From NCBI GenBank assembly GCA_965205265.1, contig CBDBGH010000003.1, positions 4,768,001-4,832,000 of the forward strand: 64,000 nucleotides of DNA. Direction: 5' to 3'. Shown piece after piece: positions 49,558 through 58,037 of this stretch. Under the pieces are notes generated by a model that was given only the letters and a program-made list of their open reading frames with translations, made no database searches and was not told where the DNA came from. The first letter of the stretch is position 1. Every line of letters begins with the position of its first letter. The position numbers and the translations under genes were made by a program. This DNA is from Alphaproteobacteria bacterium. GTDB taxonomy: Bacteria; Pseudomonadota; Alphaproteobacteria; Bin95.

Positions 49558-49736
49558 GGCGGTTTCTGCATGAAGTCACGTCGCCCTACCAGCTCATGAG
49601 TCCGTCCGGGTGGTTCCTGGTCTTCATGACGGCGTCCTTTGACGCCCAGTGGCCGATAACCAGGTGGCTGTTCCTGGCCGTCACGGTCCTGTTGGCGGTG
49701 GACCGGCTGCTGGGGGTCCATGAGGAGCGGGACTGA
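49554..49736 (+). CDS. Small membrane protein
   Basis: GGAGG RBS; ATGA overlap; two hydrophobic segments. Confidence 0.55.
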   Translation: MRRFLHEVTSPYQLMSPSGWFLVFMTASFDAQWPITRWLFLAVTVLLAVDRLLGVHEERD

Positions 49737-49993
49737 TGCCGGAATATGCAAGGGACAGCGCTGGCAGGGCGCATGTGCTGCGCCCGCCCCAGCCATGGAT
49801 CGGCCTGCCTCTGCAGCAGCGGTTCCGGTTCTGCGACCGGGATGGAGCCGGTGGAAAGGATGTCGGAGATTTCACGCTTCGCGGGAATAATGACGAGCCC
49901 TGTTCCGGGCCGGCGACCTGCCTCGAATGCAGGATGGCCGTCCAGGGGATATCAGGGATGCGATCAAGGGCGTGCGCTGGGCGCGCAGTGTAG
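49736..49993 (+). CDS. Small putative zinc-binding protein
   Basis: TGATG coupling; H...C...TCLEC. Confidence 0.5.
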   Translation: MPEYARDSAGRAHVLRPPQPWIGLPLQQRFRFCDRDGAGGKDVGDFTLRGNNDEPCSGPATCLECRMAVQGISGMRSRACAGRAV

Positions 49994-50006
49994 CGGGGTT
50001 CGGACT

Positions 50007-50213
50007 ATGAGCGGACGGATGGTGCATTTCCGGAGCCCGGAGAGCAGCCGCACGGCCTGCGGTGTCCGGGTCGCGATCGGCGAGGGCGACAGCGCAGTGG
50101 TCGTGCGCGCCCGCGGGCGCATCCGCTGCACGGACAACCGCGAGGACGTGACATGCCGGCGCTGCCTGTCCAGTCGGCCCGACGGGTGGACCCGGTGGAA
50201 GGAGGGCGACTGA
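50007..50213 (+). CDS. Small putative zinc-binding protein
   Basis: VHF...TACG...VTCRRC. Confidence 0.55.
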   Translation: MSGRMVHFRSPESSRTACGVRVAIGEGDSAVVVRARGRIRCTDNREDVTCRRCLSSRPDGWTRWKEGD

Positions 50214-50247
50214 TCGGCAGTGCCCGGAGAGGCGAGGAAGTCTTGCG

Positions 50248-51174
50248 ATGAAGACGAGGACGAGAGAGAAAGCCCCGCCAGCGGTAACGGCGGACATGCT
50301 GGTTCTCGATGAGGAGATCGATGTCGGGGAGTATGGCGTTCGCTTGTGCAGGCCGCCGGAGGAACCGCCTCCCTGGGAAGTCGATCCGACCTGGCCGCCT
50401 GCGGTGATAATCGACAGGAATTTAAGACTGGTGCAGATCGGAGAAGATCCCGTTGACTGGAGAACGGGGGGGCTGGAGGCGGTGCCGCCCTCGCGCTTCG
50501 GGAGGGTTCGCTATTGGATTGCCGATGCGCTCAATTGCCCTTTCGAGGGGTTCGGGGATGATATCGACGAGATGTTGCGAATGGAGATTGAGGATGCCTA
50601 TCGGAAAAGGCATCCTGATCTTCCTGCCGGCGCCTTCGTGGATGATGATGAGGTTTTGCGGGAGCATTTTGTGATCCATATGAAGGGTTTTTTTCCGGAT
50701 TACGGAGAAGGAACGAAGAAATGGAAACAATCTGATCGTGTTCGCGCGGCAGAAGACTATATCGAAATTCTTGAGGATGTTTTGAAAGCCCAGAATGAAG
50801 AGGCCTGCTACTTCAGGGTGCAGGAGGGAAACGGCTCTGTGACGCTGGGCATGTTCGTGTTGTCGGATTCCTGGCAGGCCAAGGTCTTCGGGCCGGATGG
50901 TGAAGACAGGCGGAAAGATTGGGCTTTTGTCAGGCCTATCCGGGACAGATTCGAAGACGGTGAGTTCGCCAGGTTCCTGAACAAGGGCCAGTTCAGCATT
51001 ACCGTGACGGATAAGGTCTATGGTGGGGTCGCCACCTCGTGCTGGAATTGCGCCAGTCCTGAAGAAGCGGCGGCGTTTGTGTCCGACTGGATGGAAATGG
51101 CCTCTGGAGGGCCGAGCGGCACGGCCGCCAGCCCAAATCCTGACGCCGACCATCAGGAGATGACATTGTCGTAA
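50248..51174 (+). CDS. Cargo paralog family A, member 5 (divergent, more AT-rich)
   Basis: VTADML..DEEIDVG...PPWE, GGLEAVP, CWNC.S.EEAAAFVS. Confidence 0.65.
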   Translation: MKTRTREKAPPAVTADMLVLDEEIDVGEYGVRLCRPPEEPPPWEVDPTWPPAVIIDRNLRLVQIGEDPVDWRTGGLEAVPPSRFGRVRYWIADALNCPFEGFGDDIDEMLRMEIEDAYRKRHPDLPAGAFVDDDEVLREHFVIHMKGFFPDYGEGTKKWKQSDRVRAAEDYIEILEDVLKAQNEEACYFRVQEGNGSVTLGMFVLSDSWQAKVFGPDGEDRRKDWAFVRPIRDRFEDGEFARFLNKGQFSITVTDKVYGGVATSCWNCASPEEAAAFVSDWMEMASGGPSGTAASPNPDADHQEMTLS

Positions 51175-51250
51175 CCGTCGATCCGGTTTTTGCTCTTTCA
51201 CGCAGAGCCTGGATATTTTGCGAAAAGGAGAATGAGGTGGATCGGAAGAA

Positions 51251-52150
51251 ATGAGTGCAGCAAAAAACGGAGAGACGGCGCCTCTCCATGTCATTTCCTT
51301 AGGTGCGGGCGTGCAGAGCACGACGCTCGCACTCATGGCGGCCCATGGCGAGATCACGCCAATGCCGCATGCGGCGGTGTTCGCCGATACGGGAGCGGAG
51401 CCGCCCGAGGTCTATGAGCATCTCAACTGGCTGAAGGGCGCCAATGTGCTGCCGTTCCCGATCCATATCGTCCGCTATTCGGATATGGTGGAGGACCTCG
51501 AAAAAACGGCCAATGGCGAGACCGAGGTGGCCCGGCGAACCGGGGGTTACGTCGCGGCCCCGTTCCACACACTGAACGTCGACGGCTCGAAGGGGTTGCT
51601 ACGGCGTGAATGCACCCAGAACTACAAGATCCGCGAGATCGAATATGCGCTGAAGGATATCCTCGGGCGCCCGCGCGGCGTGGCCATACGGTCGCGGACG
51701 CCGCTGGTAATACAGTGGATCGGGATTTCCGCCGACGAGGTCCAGCGGGTCAACTGGAAGGGGCCCGCCTGGGCCGGCAAACGGTACCCGTTCCTGTCGC
51801 GGGCGATGAAGGACGACCCGCAGGACCTCTGGATGAACCGCCGGGACTGCGAGGCCTGGCTGCTCAAGCACGACTATCCTGTTCCGCCGAAGTCGGCCTG
51901 CACGTTCTGCCCTTATCGCTCGAACGCCGACTGGCGCTGGCTCAGGGACAACTCGCCCGAAGGCTGGATTCAGGCGATCGAGATCGACCGGACGATCCGC
52001 GGCATGCCCGAGAAGTCGCAGGCCGGGCTGCGCCTGGGCGGCAAGCTCTTCGTCCACGGGTCGTGCAAGCCGCTCGATGAGGTCGATCTGGACGAGGCGG
52101 ACCAGTTCAACCTCTGGGATGCAGAGTGCGAGGGCATGTGCGGCGTGTAG
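51251..52150 (+). CDS. Phage/plasmid-type PAPS-reductase-like (PP-loop, Cys-rich) protein
   Basis: ISLGAGVQST, FADTGAE, RECTQNYKI, WIGISADE, PPKSACTFCPY, terminal ECEGMCGV. Confidence 0.75.
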   Translation: MSAAKNGETAPLHVISLGAGVQSTTLALMAAHGEITPMPHAAVFADTGAEPPEVYEHLNWLKGANVLPFPIHIVRYSDMVEDLEKTANGETEVARRTGGYVAAPFHTLNVDGSKGLLRRECTQNYKIREIEYALKDILGRPRGVAIRSRTPLVIQWIGISADEVQRVNWKGPAWAGKRYPFLSRAMKDDPQDLWMNRRDCEAWLLKHDYPVPPKSACTFCPYRSNADWRWLRDNSPEGWIQAIEIDRTIRGMPEKSQAGLRLGGKLFVHGSCKPLDEVDLDEADQFNLWDAECEGMCGV

Positions 52151-52177
52151 CCGGCAGAGCGGGAGCGGGGTGACGGA

Positions 52178-52387
52178 ATGGGGCGACGGAAACAGCGGGA
52201 AGAGCGAGAGATCCGGGCCGTGGTCACGGTGAGGGCGCCTGCTCCCCACGCCGCGCGGATCCGCGCCTGCTGGCTGTCCGCGCTCGAGAAGATGGTTGCC
52301 AGGACGCTCGGCGTCGGACATGGCGATATCCGGGTCATATTGACGGCGGCCCCGCGCGGCGCCGCCGTCGGGAGGTATCGCGGGTGA
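52178..52387 (+). CDS. Small hypothetical protein
   Basis: Lies in the operon; stop overlaps the next GTG. Confidence 0.45.
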   Translation: MGRRKQREEREIRAVVTVRAPAPHAARIRACWLSALEKMVARTLGVGHGDIRVILTAAPRGAAVGRYRG

Positions 52388-52995
52388 TCTTTCTGGAAAA
52401 GAGAAGCGAGTGGGCCACAAACGGGCTGGCTGTCGCCTTCCTTCTGGTTGTGGCCCTGCCCGGGGTCGGGCCGGACAGCGCCGCTGCGTTGACGGGAGCG
52501 TTCAACGTCGGGTTGCTGAGCCTGGTCGGGTTGGTCTTCGTCCAGAATGTGATGAGCGTGTTGCTGGAAACGGAGCGTGACGGTCTCGTCCTGGGCCAAT
52601 GGTATTCGAGCACCTGGGCGCCGTTGAGGGTCGTCCTTGTTGTCGCAGCCCTCGCCCCGGTGCCCGGGGCGGGAGGGTTGAGTGGGGTTCAGGTCCTGGC
52701 CGGCCATGCTGCCGGCATTGGCGGCGGGGAGATGTCGGCCGCCGCCTCCGCCGCGATCCTCTGGGGCCTGTGGGGGCTGGCGGGCGCCGCTTGGATTGTC
52801 TGGTCGGTGAGGTCCGGCCTGACAATCCGGTCGGCCGTTCTTCATCTGAGGGGCGTGCGCAGCCGTTTGTCCGAGAGTCCGCGGTGGTGGCTTCTGGTCC
52901 CTGCTTTCCTTGTTTCCATCTGGTTGGTGGGGGGGATAGCGGTTACAGCACTAGCCATGTTTTTTGCCATTCCTCACCCAGGGACCGGAGGGTGA
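52384..52995 (+). CDS. Membrane protein resembling the N-terminal part of DotA/TraY
   Basis: FNVGLL...ETERDGLVLGQWYSSTWAPLRVVL...PVPG.GGLSGVQ matches the DotA/TraY N-terminal signature. Confidence 0.6.
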   Translation: MIFLEKRSEWATNGLAVAFLLVVALPGVGPDSAAALTGAFNVGLLSLVGLVFVQNVMSVLLETERDGLVLGQWYSSTWAPLRVVLVVAALAPVPGAGGLSGVQVLAGHAAGIGGGEMSAAASAAILWGLWGLAGAAWIVWSVRSGLTIRSAVLHLRGVRSRLSESPRWWLLVPAFLVSIWLVGGIAVTALAMFFAIPHPGTGG

Positions 52996-53000
52996 CGGCG

Positions 53001-53603
53001 ATGGAGACCGCCCATGACATGACCTGGCTTGAGCGGGAGCTGGTGCCGCCGTCATGGAGCGGGCTGGATATCGCGCACCGCGTGGCGGGGCCTGAGGACA
53101 AGGTCCACCGGCGCCTGCGCGAGGCGGTGTCCGTTCCCGTCAGGCGCCATCTCTGGGTTCCGGAAGACGCGGTGGAGTTCACGCCGGCGCTCTCGGACGT
53201 GGTCTATGGCGACGGGCGGGCCCTGCTCGCCATCACGACCATCCATGACCGCCCGCGCTATTGGCTGGTGCGCATCGACAGCTCCTGGCCGCTCTGGCTC
53301 GATCCCGGGCTTCCGGGCGGGGACGATGAGGAGATGGCGGACTATTGCGAACACATCACCGAGAATCTTCGTCTCGAATTCGGGGACGGGGAGCCGAGGT
53401 GGGATGAAGACGAGTGGGAGGACGAGGAGGATCCGGTGGCCCGGGAATACGGCCTCCCCTATCCGTCCATCGATCTGAGGGACGGCTACTCCTGGCGGCG
53501 GGAATCCTGGCCGGAGGCCGGGTTCGACGGTGTGCCGCATCCGTATGACCCGCATATCCGCATCCTGCCGGAGACGCAACCGGCGGTGGAGCCGGGGCCG
53601 TGA
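53001..53603 (+). CDS. Cargo paralog family B, member 1
   Basis: RVAGPED..HRRLREA, LSDVVYGDG.ALL, WLVRID, HI.ENL..EFGDG shared with the next gene. Confidence 0.75.
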   Translation: METAHDMTWLERELVPPSWSGLDIAHRVAGPEDKVHRRLREAVSVPVRRHLWVPEDAVEFTPALSDVVYGDGRALLAITTIHDRPRYWLVRIDSSWPLWLDPGLPGGDDEEMADYCEHITENLRLEFGDGEPRWDEDEWEDEEDPVAREYGLPYPSIDLRDGYSWRRESWPEAGFDGVPHPYDPHIRILPETQPAVEPGP

Positions 53604-54241
53604 CGGATCTGGCCGCTCTCTACCCTCCGCTGAAGGAAGGCATGCTGCTTTCCCCGTCCTATCACAGTGGATTCGACTTCGCGCAGCGCGTGGCCGGGCC
53701 GGAGGACGAGATCCACCGCCGGTTGCGCGAGGCGCTCCCGGTGCGGAGCAAGTATCCGGAAGGGGGCGTCGGCTGGAATGCCGGGCCCGGGGATGAAGGG
53801 TTCATGCCGGTGCTTTCCGATGTCGTCTATGGCGACGGTGGCGCCCTGCTTTCCATCACGACATTCTACGACGATCCGGCCCGCTGGCTGGTGCGCATCG
53901 ACACCGGTTGGTGGGACAATCTGTGGGATGAGGAGGCCGACGGGTCCGTGCAGGGGCAGCACACGGTCGGCGACTACATGAGCCACATCCTCGAGAACCT
54001 GGCGATCGAGTTCGGCGACGGGCAGCCGCATGAGCCGCATCATGACGAGGAAGAGGACGATCATGACCGACTGGTGCGGGAATCGGGAGAGCCCTATCCG
54101 GCGATCGACCCGCGCGGCGGCGGCGGCTGGCGGCGCGTGGACTGGCCGGAGGCCGGGTTCGAACGCGTGATCCACCCGTGGAACCCGGAGATCTTCATCC
54201 TGAAGGAAGACGGGCCGGCCGTATCGCCGACATGGCTGTAG
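53600..54241 (+). CDS. Cargo paralog family B, member 2
   Basis: GTGA overlap; colinear with the preceding gene. Confidence 0.75.
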   Translation: MTDLAALYPPLKEGMLLSPSYHSGFDFAQRVAGPEDEIHRRLREALPVRSKYPEGGVGWNAGPGDEGFMPVLSDVVYGDGGALLSITTFYDDPARWLVRIDTGWWDNLWDEEADGSVQGQHTVGDYMSHILENLAIEFGDGQPHEPHHDEEEDDHDRLVRESGEPYPAIDPRGGGGWRRVDWPEAGFERVIHPWNPEIFILKEDGPAVSPTWL

Positions 54242-54491
54242 ATTCAGCCATGCGCCGGGCATAGAGCCAGACGCGATGCCCCGCGCCAAAGGCCCCCCGA
54301 ACATGCAAGGATTGCGGCGCGCCGCTCGACCGGCCCCGCGTGCGCCTGTGCGACGGATGCCGATGGGTGAAGAGGATTGCGAAGGGGGAGGCCTGGCAGG
54401 CCTCGAGGGATTTCGTGAATGCGGTGGCCCATGGCCGGCATGTAGAGCGCGGGCGCATGGACCGGGCTTACCGCGACACGGTCGGTCCACC

Positions 54492-54544
54492 TTGCGGGAT
54501 TGAAACATAATCGGATTGCCATGACAATCGGTTACGCATATAGT
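54492..54544 (+). promoter_or_regulatory. Operator/promoter site 6
   Basis: TAATCGGATTG 54508-54518 and CAATCGGTTAC 54525-54535; TTGCCA-17-TATAGT. Confidence 0.72.
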
Positions 54545-54578
54545 GTTGTCGTTCGGAATGTTGGCCGGAGGCCGAAGG

Positions 54579-55172
54579 ATGGTGTTCGCGGAGGAGCGTT
54601 TCGACCGCAGGGCGGACCGGAGAGGGCTGCTGGTATTTCTCGGGCTGGTCAGCCTTCTGCTCGGCTGCGTCGGGCTGGGTATGTCCATGGATGTGGACCG
54701 GGACCGCGGGGCGGCTGCCGGGAAGGCGGCCCGGGCGGTCCCCTCCGGATTTTCCTTTTCCGTGCGTGAGGCTTCTGCCCTCCCATTGGAATTCGAGAAG
54801 GCCCATTACCTTGTAGCCGGAGGCAGTCCGCTGGGGCGGGAGGACATCGACCTCTCGCAGCCGGCGCACTGGTTCAGGGTGAAACTGTATCCTGACGAGA
54901 AGTACTGGATCGACCTGGAAGGCGATGACGCGGCGGTCACGGGTGTCTGGAACGCTCACGGGGAGCAGGTGCTGAACGCGGCCGCCCTGCAGGCCGGCAT
55001 CGCGGCTGTGGGCGCTCGCCTGACGGCGGATGCCGAAGGCGGTATCCGGATCGAGCGCCGCGATGTCCTGCGGGTCGAGTTTACGCCGTCCGAACGCGGC
55101 TACTACTATATCGAGCTGACCCCGGCGCCGGCCGGGGCGGGCGAAAGCCCGGAAAGCGGGGCCCGCCGATGA
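54579..55172 (+). CDS. Membrane-anchored protein with a PPC-like beta domain
   Basis: TM segment; HWFRVKLYPDEKYWIDLEG...FTPSERGYYYIE. Confidence 0.62.
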   Translation: MVFAEERFDRRADRRGLLVFLGLVSLLLGCVGLGMSMDVDRDRGAAAGKAARAVPSGFSFSVREASALPLEFEKAHYLVAGGSPLGREDIDLSQPAHWFRVKLYPDEKYWIDLEGDDAAVTGVWNAHGEQVLNAAALQAGIAAVGARLTADAEGGIRIERRDVLRVEFTPSERGYYYIELTPAPAGAGESPESGARR

Positions 55173-55666
55173 AGGCCCTGACCCTGTGGCAGCCTTGGGC
55201 GTCATTGATCGCGCTGGGCGTCAAACCCTTCGAATTCAGGGGATGGAAGCCGCCGGCGAAGGCGGTCGGCACCAGGATCGCCGTCCATGCCGCCAGCCGC
55301 CGGGCGCGCCGGATCGAGATCGCCTGGCTCGTGAGCGAGCTTGAGCGCGGGGAAAACGGCCGCGTGGCGCTGCACCGGGAGGCCCTGGAGCTGCTCAGGG
55401 GGACCGGGCCGGGCGACTGGCCCCTGTCCTGCATTGTCTGCACCGCTGTTCTCGGCGAGCCGCTCGGCGGCCTTGAGGCCGCCCGGTCGATGGGAGCGGA
55501 GATCAATGACAGCGACCGGGAAGGCACGTTCAACTGGGCCTGGCCGATGAACGACATCGTCGCGGTGCCGAGCCTGCCGTGCCGGGGCGCCTACGGCCTC
55601 TGGCCGGTGCCGGCGGACCTGGCGAGGGAGATCGGCGAGCTTGCTGCCGGGCGCGGGCCATCATGA
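55169..55666 (+). CDS. ASCH-domain protein
   Basis: MKALTLWQPWASLIALGVK..E.RGW, IAVHA, P.RGAYGLW. Confidence 0.85.
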   Translation: MKALTLWQPWASLIALGVKPFEFRGWKPPAKAVGTRIAVHAASRRARRIEIAWLVSELERGENGRVALHREALELLRGTGPGDWPLSCIVCTAVLGEPLGGLEAARSMGAEINDSDREGTFNWAWPMNDIVAVPSLPCRGAYGLWPVPADLAREIGELAAGRGPS

Positions 55667-55697
55667 TCCCCGCGATCCGGGAGAGGAAGGAGACGCG

Positions 55698-56663
55698 ATG
55701 GACAGGGTGACCGAAGGATGGGTGTCGGTGTCGCGCCTGACCGTGATATGCGGCTGCTGTTTGCTGTTCTCAGGCGACGGGTTCTGGAACCTGTCGGGCG
55801 CCGTCGGCGTCATTCTGGCGGGGATCATGATGACGTGGCAGTCCGCCTGGCTGGAGAGAGGCGTGCTGCTGCTGGTTTCCTACCTGGTGGCGCTCGCGTG
55901 TTGCGCGATGCTTGTGGGGGAATTCCTGGAATTCGCCGACACACGCCAATGGGGAGCGGTCTTTCGGGAGAGAGTCGGGGCGGTCCTTGCCGTGTCGGTG
56001 TGTGGAGGGATGCTGTTCGGTCTGGTCTCCACAAGGATGCGCGTTCCCGATCGCCTGCGGCATGCAGGGGGAGCCGTGCTGGCTCTTTTCCTGGTGTCTG
56101 CAATGGTCCTGACGGTGGCGGAACTGCCATTGTCCGCCACCGTTCCGGTAGAGCGCGGGGATCTGGATATCCCGCACGAATGGACAAATCTGCTGACCGC
56201 AGGGATCGTCGCGGGAGGCGTGATCGGGTTCGGAACGGCCATGGTGGCGAGGCGCCGGGACGATGCCCTGGCGGCGCTCGTCGGCGGAATCGGGATGCGG
56301 GTCGGGGCGGCCGTTGCCCTGGCGGGCGTCTTCTGGGGCTGTGTGCTTGTGGTTGCCGGAATGGATGGGGTTGCGGAATTGCCGGCGCAAGCGCTGTTCG
56401 CGGTGATGACGATCATGGGGGCCTGGGTTTCGGTCCTGCTGAGCGCGGTGCTGGACGGCTTTGCCCTGGCGAGGAGCGGAATCCTGTGGAAGCGCCGGGG
56501 GAAAAGTGCCTCCGGTCGTCGCCGACACGGTAAATCTCTGTCTGGCGGAGTGGAACGGACGGGCGAGGATGCCCGCATTGTCGTGACGCCCAGGGTGGGC
56601 GGACGACACCGACACCATATCGCGGTGGCGACGGGAAGCGGCGCCAATGGAGGTGAACGGTAA
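55698..56663 (+). CDS. Multi-pass membrane protein (family C)
   Basis: AGGAG RBS; many TM segments; SAVLDGFALARSGILW shared with 60492-61139. Confidence 0.65.
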   Translation: MDRVTEGWVSVSRLTVICGCCLLFSGDGFWNLSGAVGVILAGIMMTWQSAWLERGVLLLVSYLVALACCAMLVGEFLEFADTRQWGAVFRERVGAVLAVSVCGGMLFGLVSTRMRVPDRLRHAGGAVLALFLVSAMVLTVAELPLSATVPVERGDLDIPHEWTNLLTAGIVAGGVIGFGTAMVARRRDDALAALVGGIGMRVGAAVALAGVFWGCVLVVAGMDGVAELPAQALFAVMTIMGAWVSVLLSAVLDGFALARSGILWKRRGKSASGRRRHGKSLSGGVERTGEDARIVVTPRVGGRHRHHIAVATGSGANGGER

Positions 56664-56953
56664 TGGAGAACCGCGGATCCGGGTTCCACAGGCGTTCGGA
56701 GAAGAGCGACGATGTTCTGTCCATCGTCATCAAGCAGGAATCGGACAACCGTCCGGTGGCGGTATTGCGCGCCGAGCTCGATGAGGCGGAGTGCGACGAG
56801 GTCGTGCGGCTGCTGAACCGGGGTCTGCGCTTCGAGGAGCTTCTGTCCTTTCTTCGCGACGATCTCTGCGATCTTGGCGAGGCGGTCGGCGCGGACCGGT
56901 GGATCGAGAAGCGCAGGCGCGCGCTTGTCGCCGCGATGGAAGCTTTGGAATGA
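56663..56953 (+). CDS. Hypothetical protein
   Basis: GGAGG RBS; TAATG coupling. Confidence 0.55.
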   Translation: MENRGSGFHRRSEKSDDVLSIVIKQESDNRPVAVLRAELDEAECDEVVRLLNRGLRFEELLSFLRDDLCDLGEAVGADRWIEKRRRALVAAMEALE

Positions 56954-57014
56954 CGGTCGGCAGAGCACCGGCGTCTGAAAAGGGAAAGAACAGAAGGGAA
57001 AGGAAATCCAGGGA

Positions 57015-57584
57015 ATGAGCGCAATGAAGTCAATGAAGTCTGGAGTGGGTCTGGCCGCTGCGCTGCTTGGACTCGTGAGCCTGGTCCCGGGCGGCGCGTC
57101 AGCCGACGAACGGGGTTTGGTGGAGGTCTCTCCCGCGGTCGTCGGGGAGCCTGCCGTCAAACCGGGCAAAGCGCTGCCGGCGATGCGCTGCCGCCACCGG
57201 GCGATCATGCTGGGCAACGGGAGCGTGACGCCGGATTTGCCGGGGCTCTCGGTCGCAAAGGGGTTCGTGACGTCGTTGGCCTTTTCCGATGCGGCTGGAA
57301 GGCCCCTTGAGGTGCTCGAGGCCGTGACGACGGATCGGGTCCGTGCGGAACACACAATGGGAGTGCTGCATCTGCTCCCCCAAGCGCCGGACAACAGCAA
57401 TGTCTCGGTCGTGGTGGGCACGGACGACATCATGGCCGAATATCCTCCCCGTTTGGTGGTTGTCGAACTTGTTGTTGCCAGGGGTATGGTCGATTGCCGG
57501 GTCGATCTGCTCCTGCCGCCGCGAGAAACGGTGAAGGCCGCCATCCCGGGCTCCCCGGATAACCGGAGTCGGCCGGGAGGCTGA
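57015..57584 (+). CDS. Secreted protein resembling the central domain of DotH/IcmK
   Basis: Signal peptide; P.LSVAKGFVTSLAFSDAAGRPL...NVSV...VVELV...VDCRVDL resembles IcmK PPVIRLAQGFVSSLVFLDSTGAPW...VDYRVDL (recalled). Confidence 0.6.
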   Translation: MSAMKSMKSGVGLAAALLGLVSLVPGGASADERGLVEVSPAVVGEPAVKPGKALPAMRCRHRAIMLGNGSVTPDLPGLSVAKGFVTSLAFSDAAGRPLEVLEAVTTDRVRAEHTMGVLHLLPQAPDNSNVSVVVGTDDIMAEYPPRLVVVELVVARGMVDCRVDLLLPPRETVKAAIPGSPDNRSRPGG

Positions 57585-57670
57585 TGGCCCTCGCGACGGT
57601 GAATCGGTCCGGACGGCGGCGTACTCCGCCGTCCGGACCCTGTCGGAAAGCATCAGCAGGAGAAAAACCG

Positions 57671-58033
57671 ATGCTGACGAGCTACGATCCCAGCGCAGCG
57701 AAATCCATGGATACCGTCCATGTTGTCGAGCTGACATTCATGTCCTGGGACCACAAGGCGGTGCATACCGCGCGGGTCGGCGGCAATTGCCCCGGCGTTC
57801 CCGAGTGCATCGATGTCGCGATCGACCAGATCATCGACAAGCTGCCGACCCGGCTGAAGAACGAGGACGGCAGCGAATATGACTGCCCGCCAACTCTGGT
57901 CCTAGCCGACGAGACCGGGGAGAACATGCTTCTGATCGACGAGAATGCGGATCCGGAAAAGTACTTCGAAGACCTGCTGAAGGAGGTTCTCGTCGGGGTC
58001 CGCATCGTCGGGCTCGAGCCGGTGGAAAGCTGA
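57671..58033 (+). CDS. Acidic hypothetical protein
   Basis: AGGAG RBS. Confidence 0.6.
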   Translation: MLTSYDPSAAKSMDTVHVVELTFMSWDHKAVHTARVGGNCPGVPECIDVAIDQIIDKLPTRLKNEDGSEYDCPPTLVLADETGENMLLIDENADPEKYFEDLLKEVLVGVRIVGLEPVES

Positions 58034-58037
58034 GGCG

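Noticed and set aside
19705-54544. CAATCSGATTG as a LexA box, or the TTTCACG motifs as parS
   Set aside because: Alphaproteobacterial LexA binds GTTC-N7-GTTC, and parS needs the full TGTTTCACGTGAAACA palindrome; neither is present at these sites.
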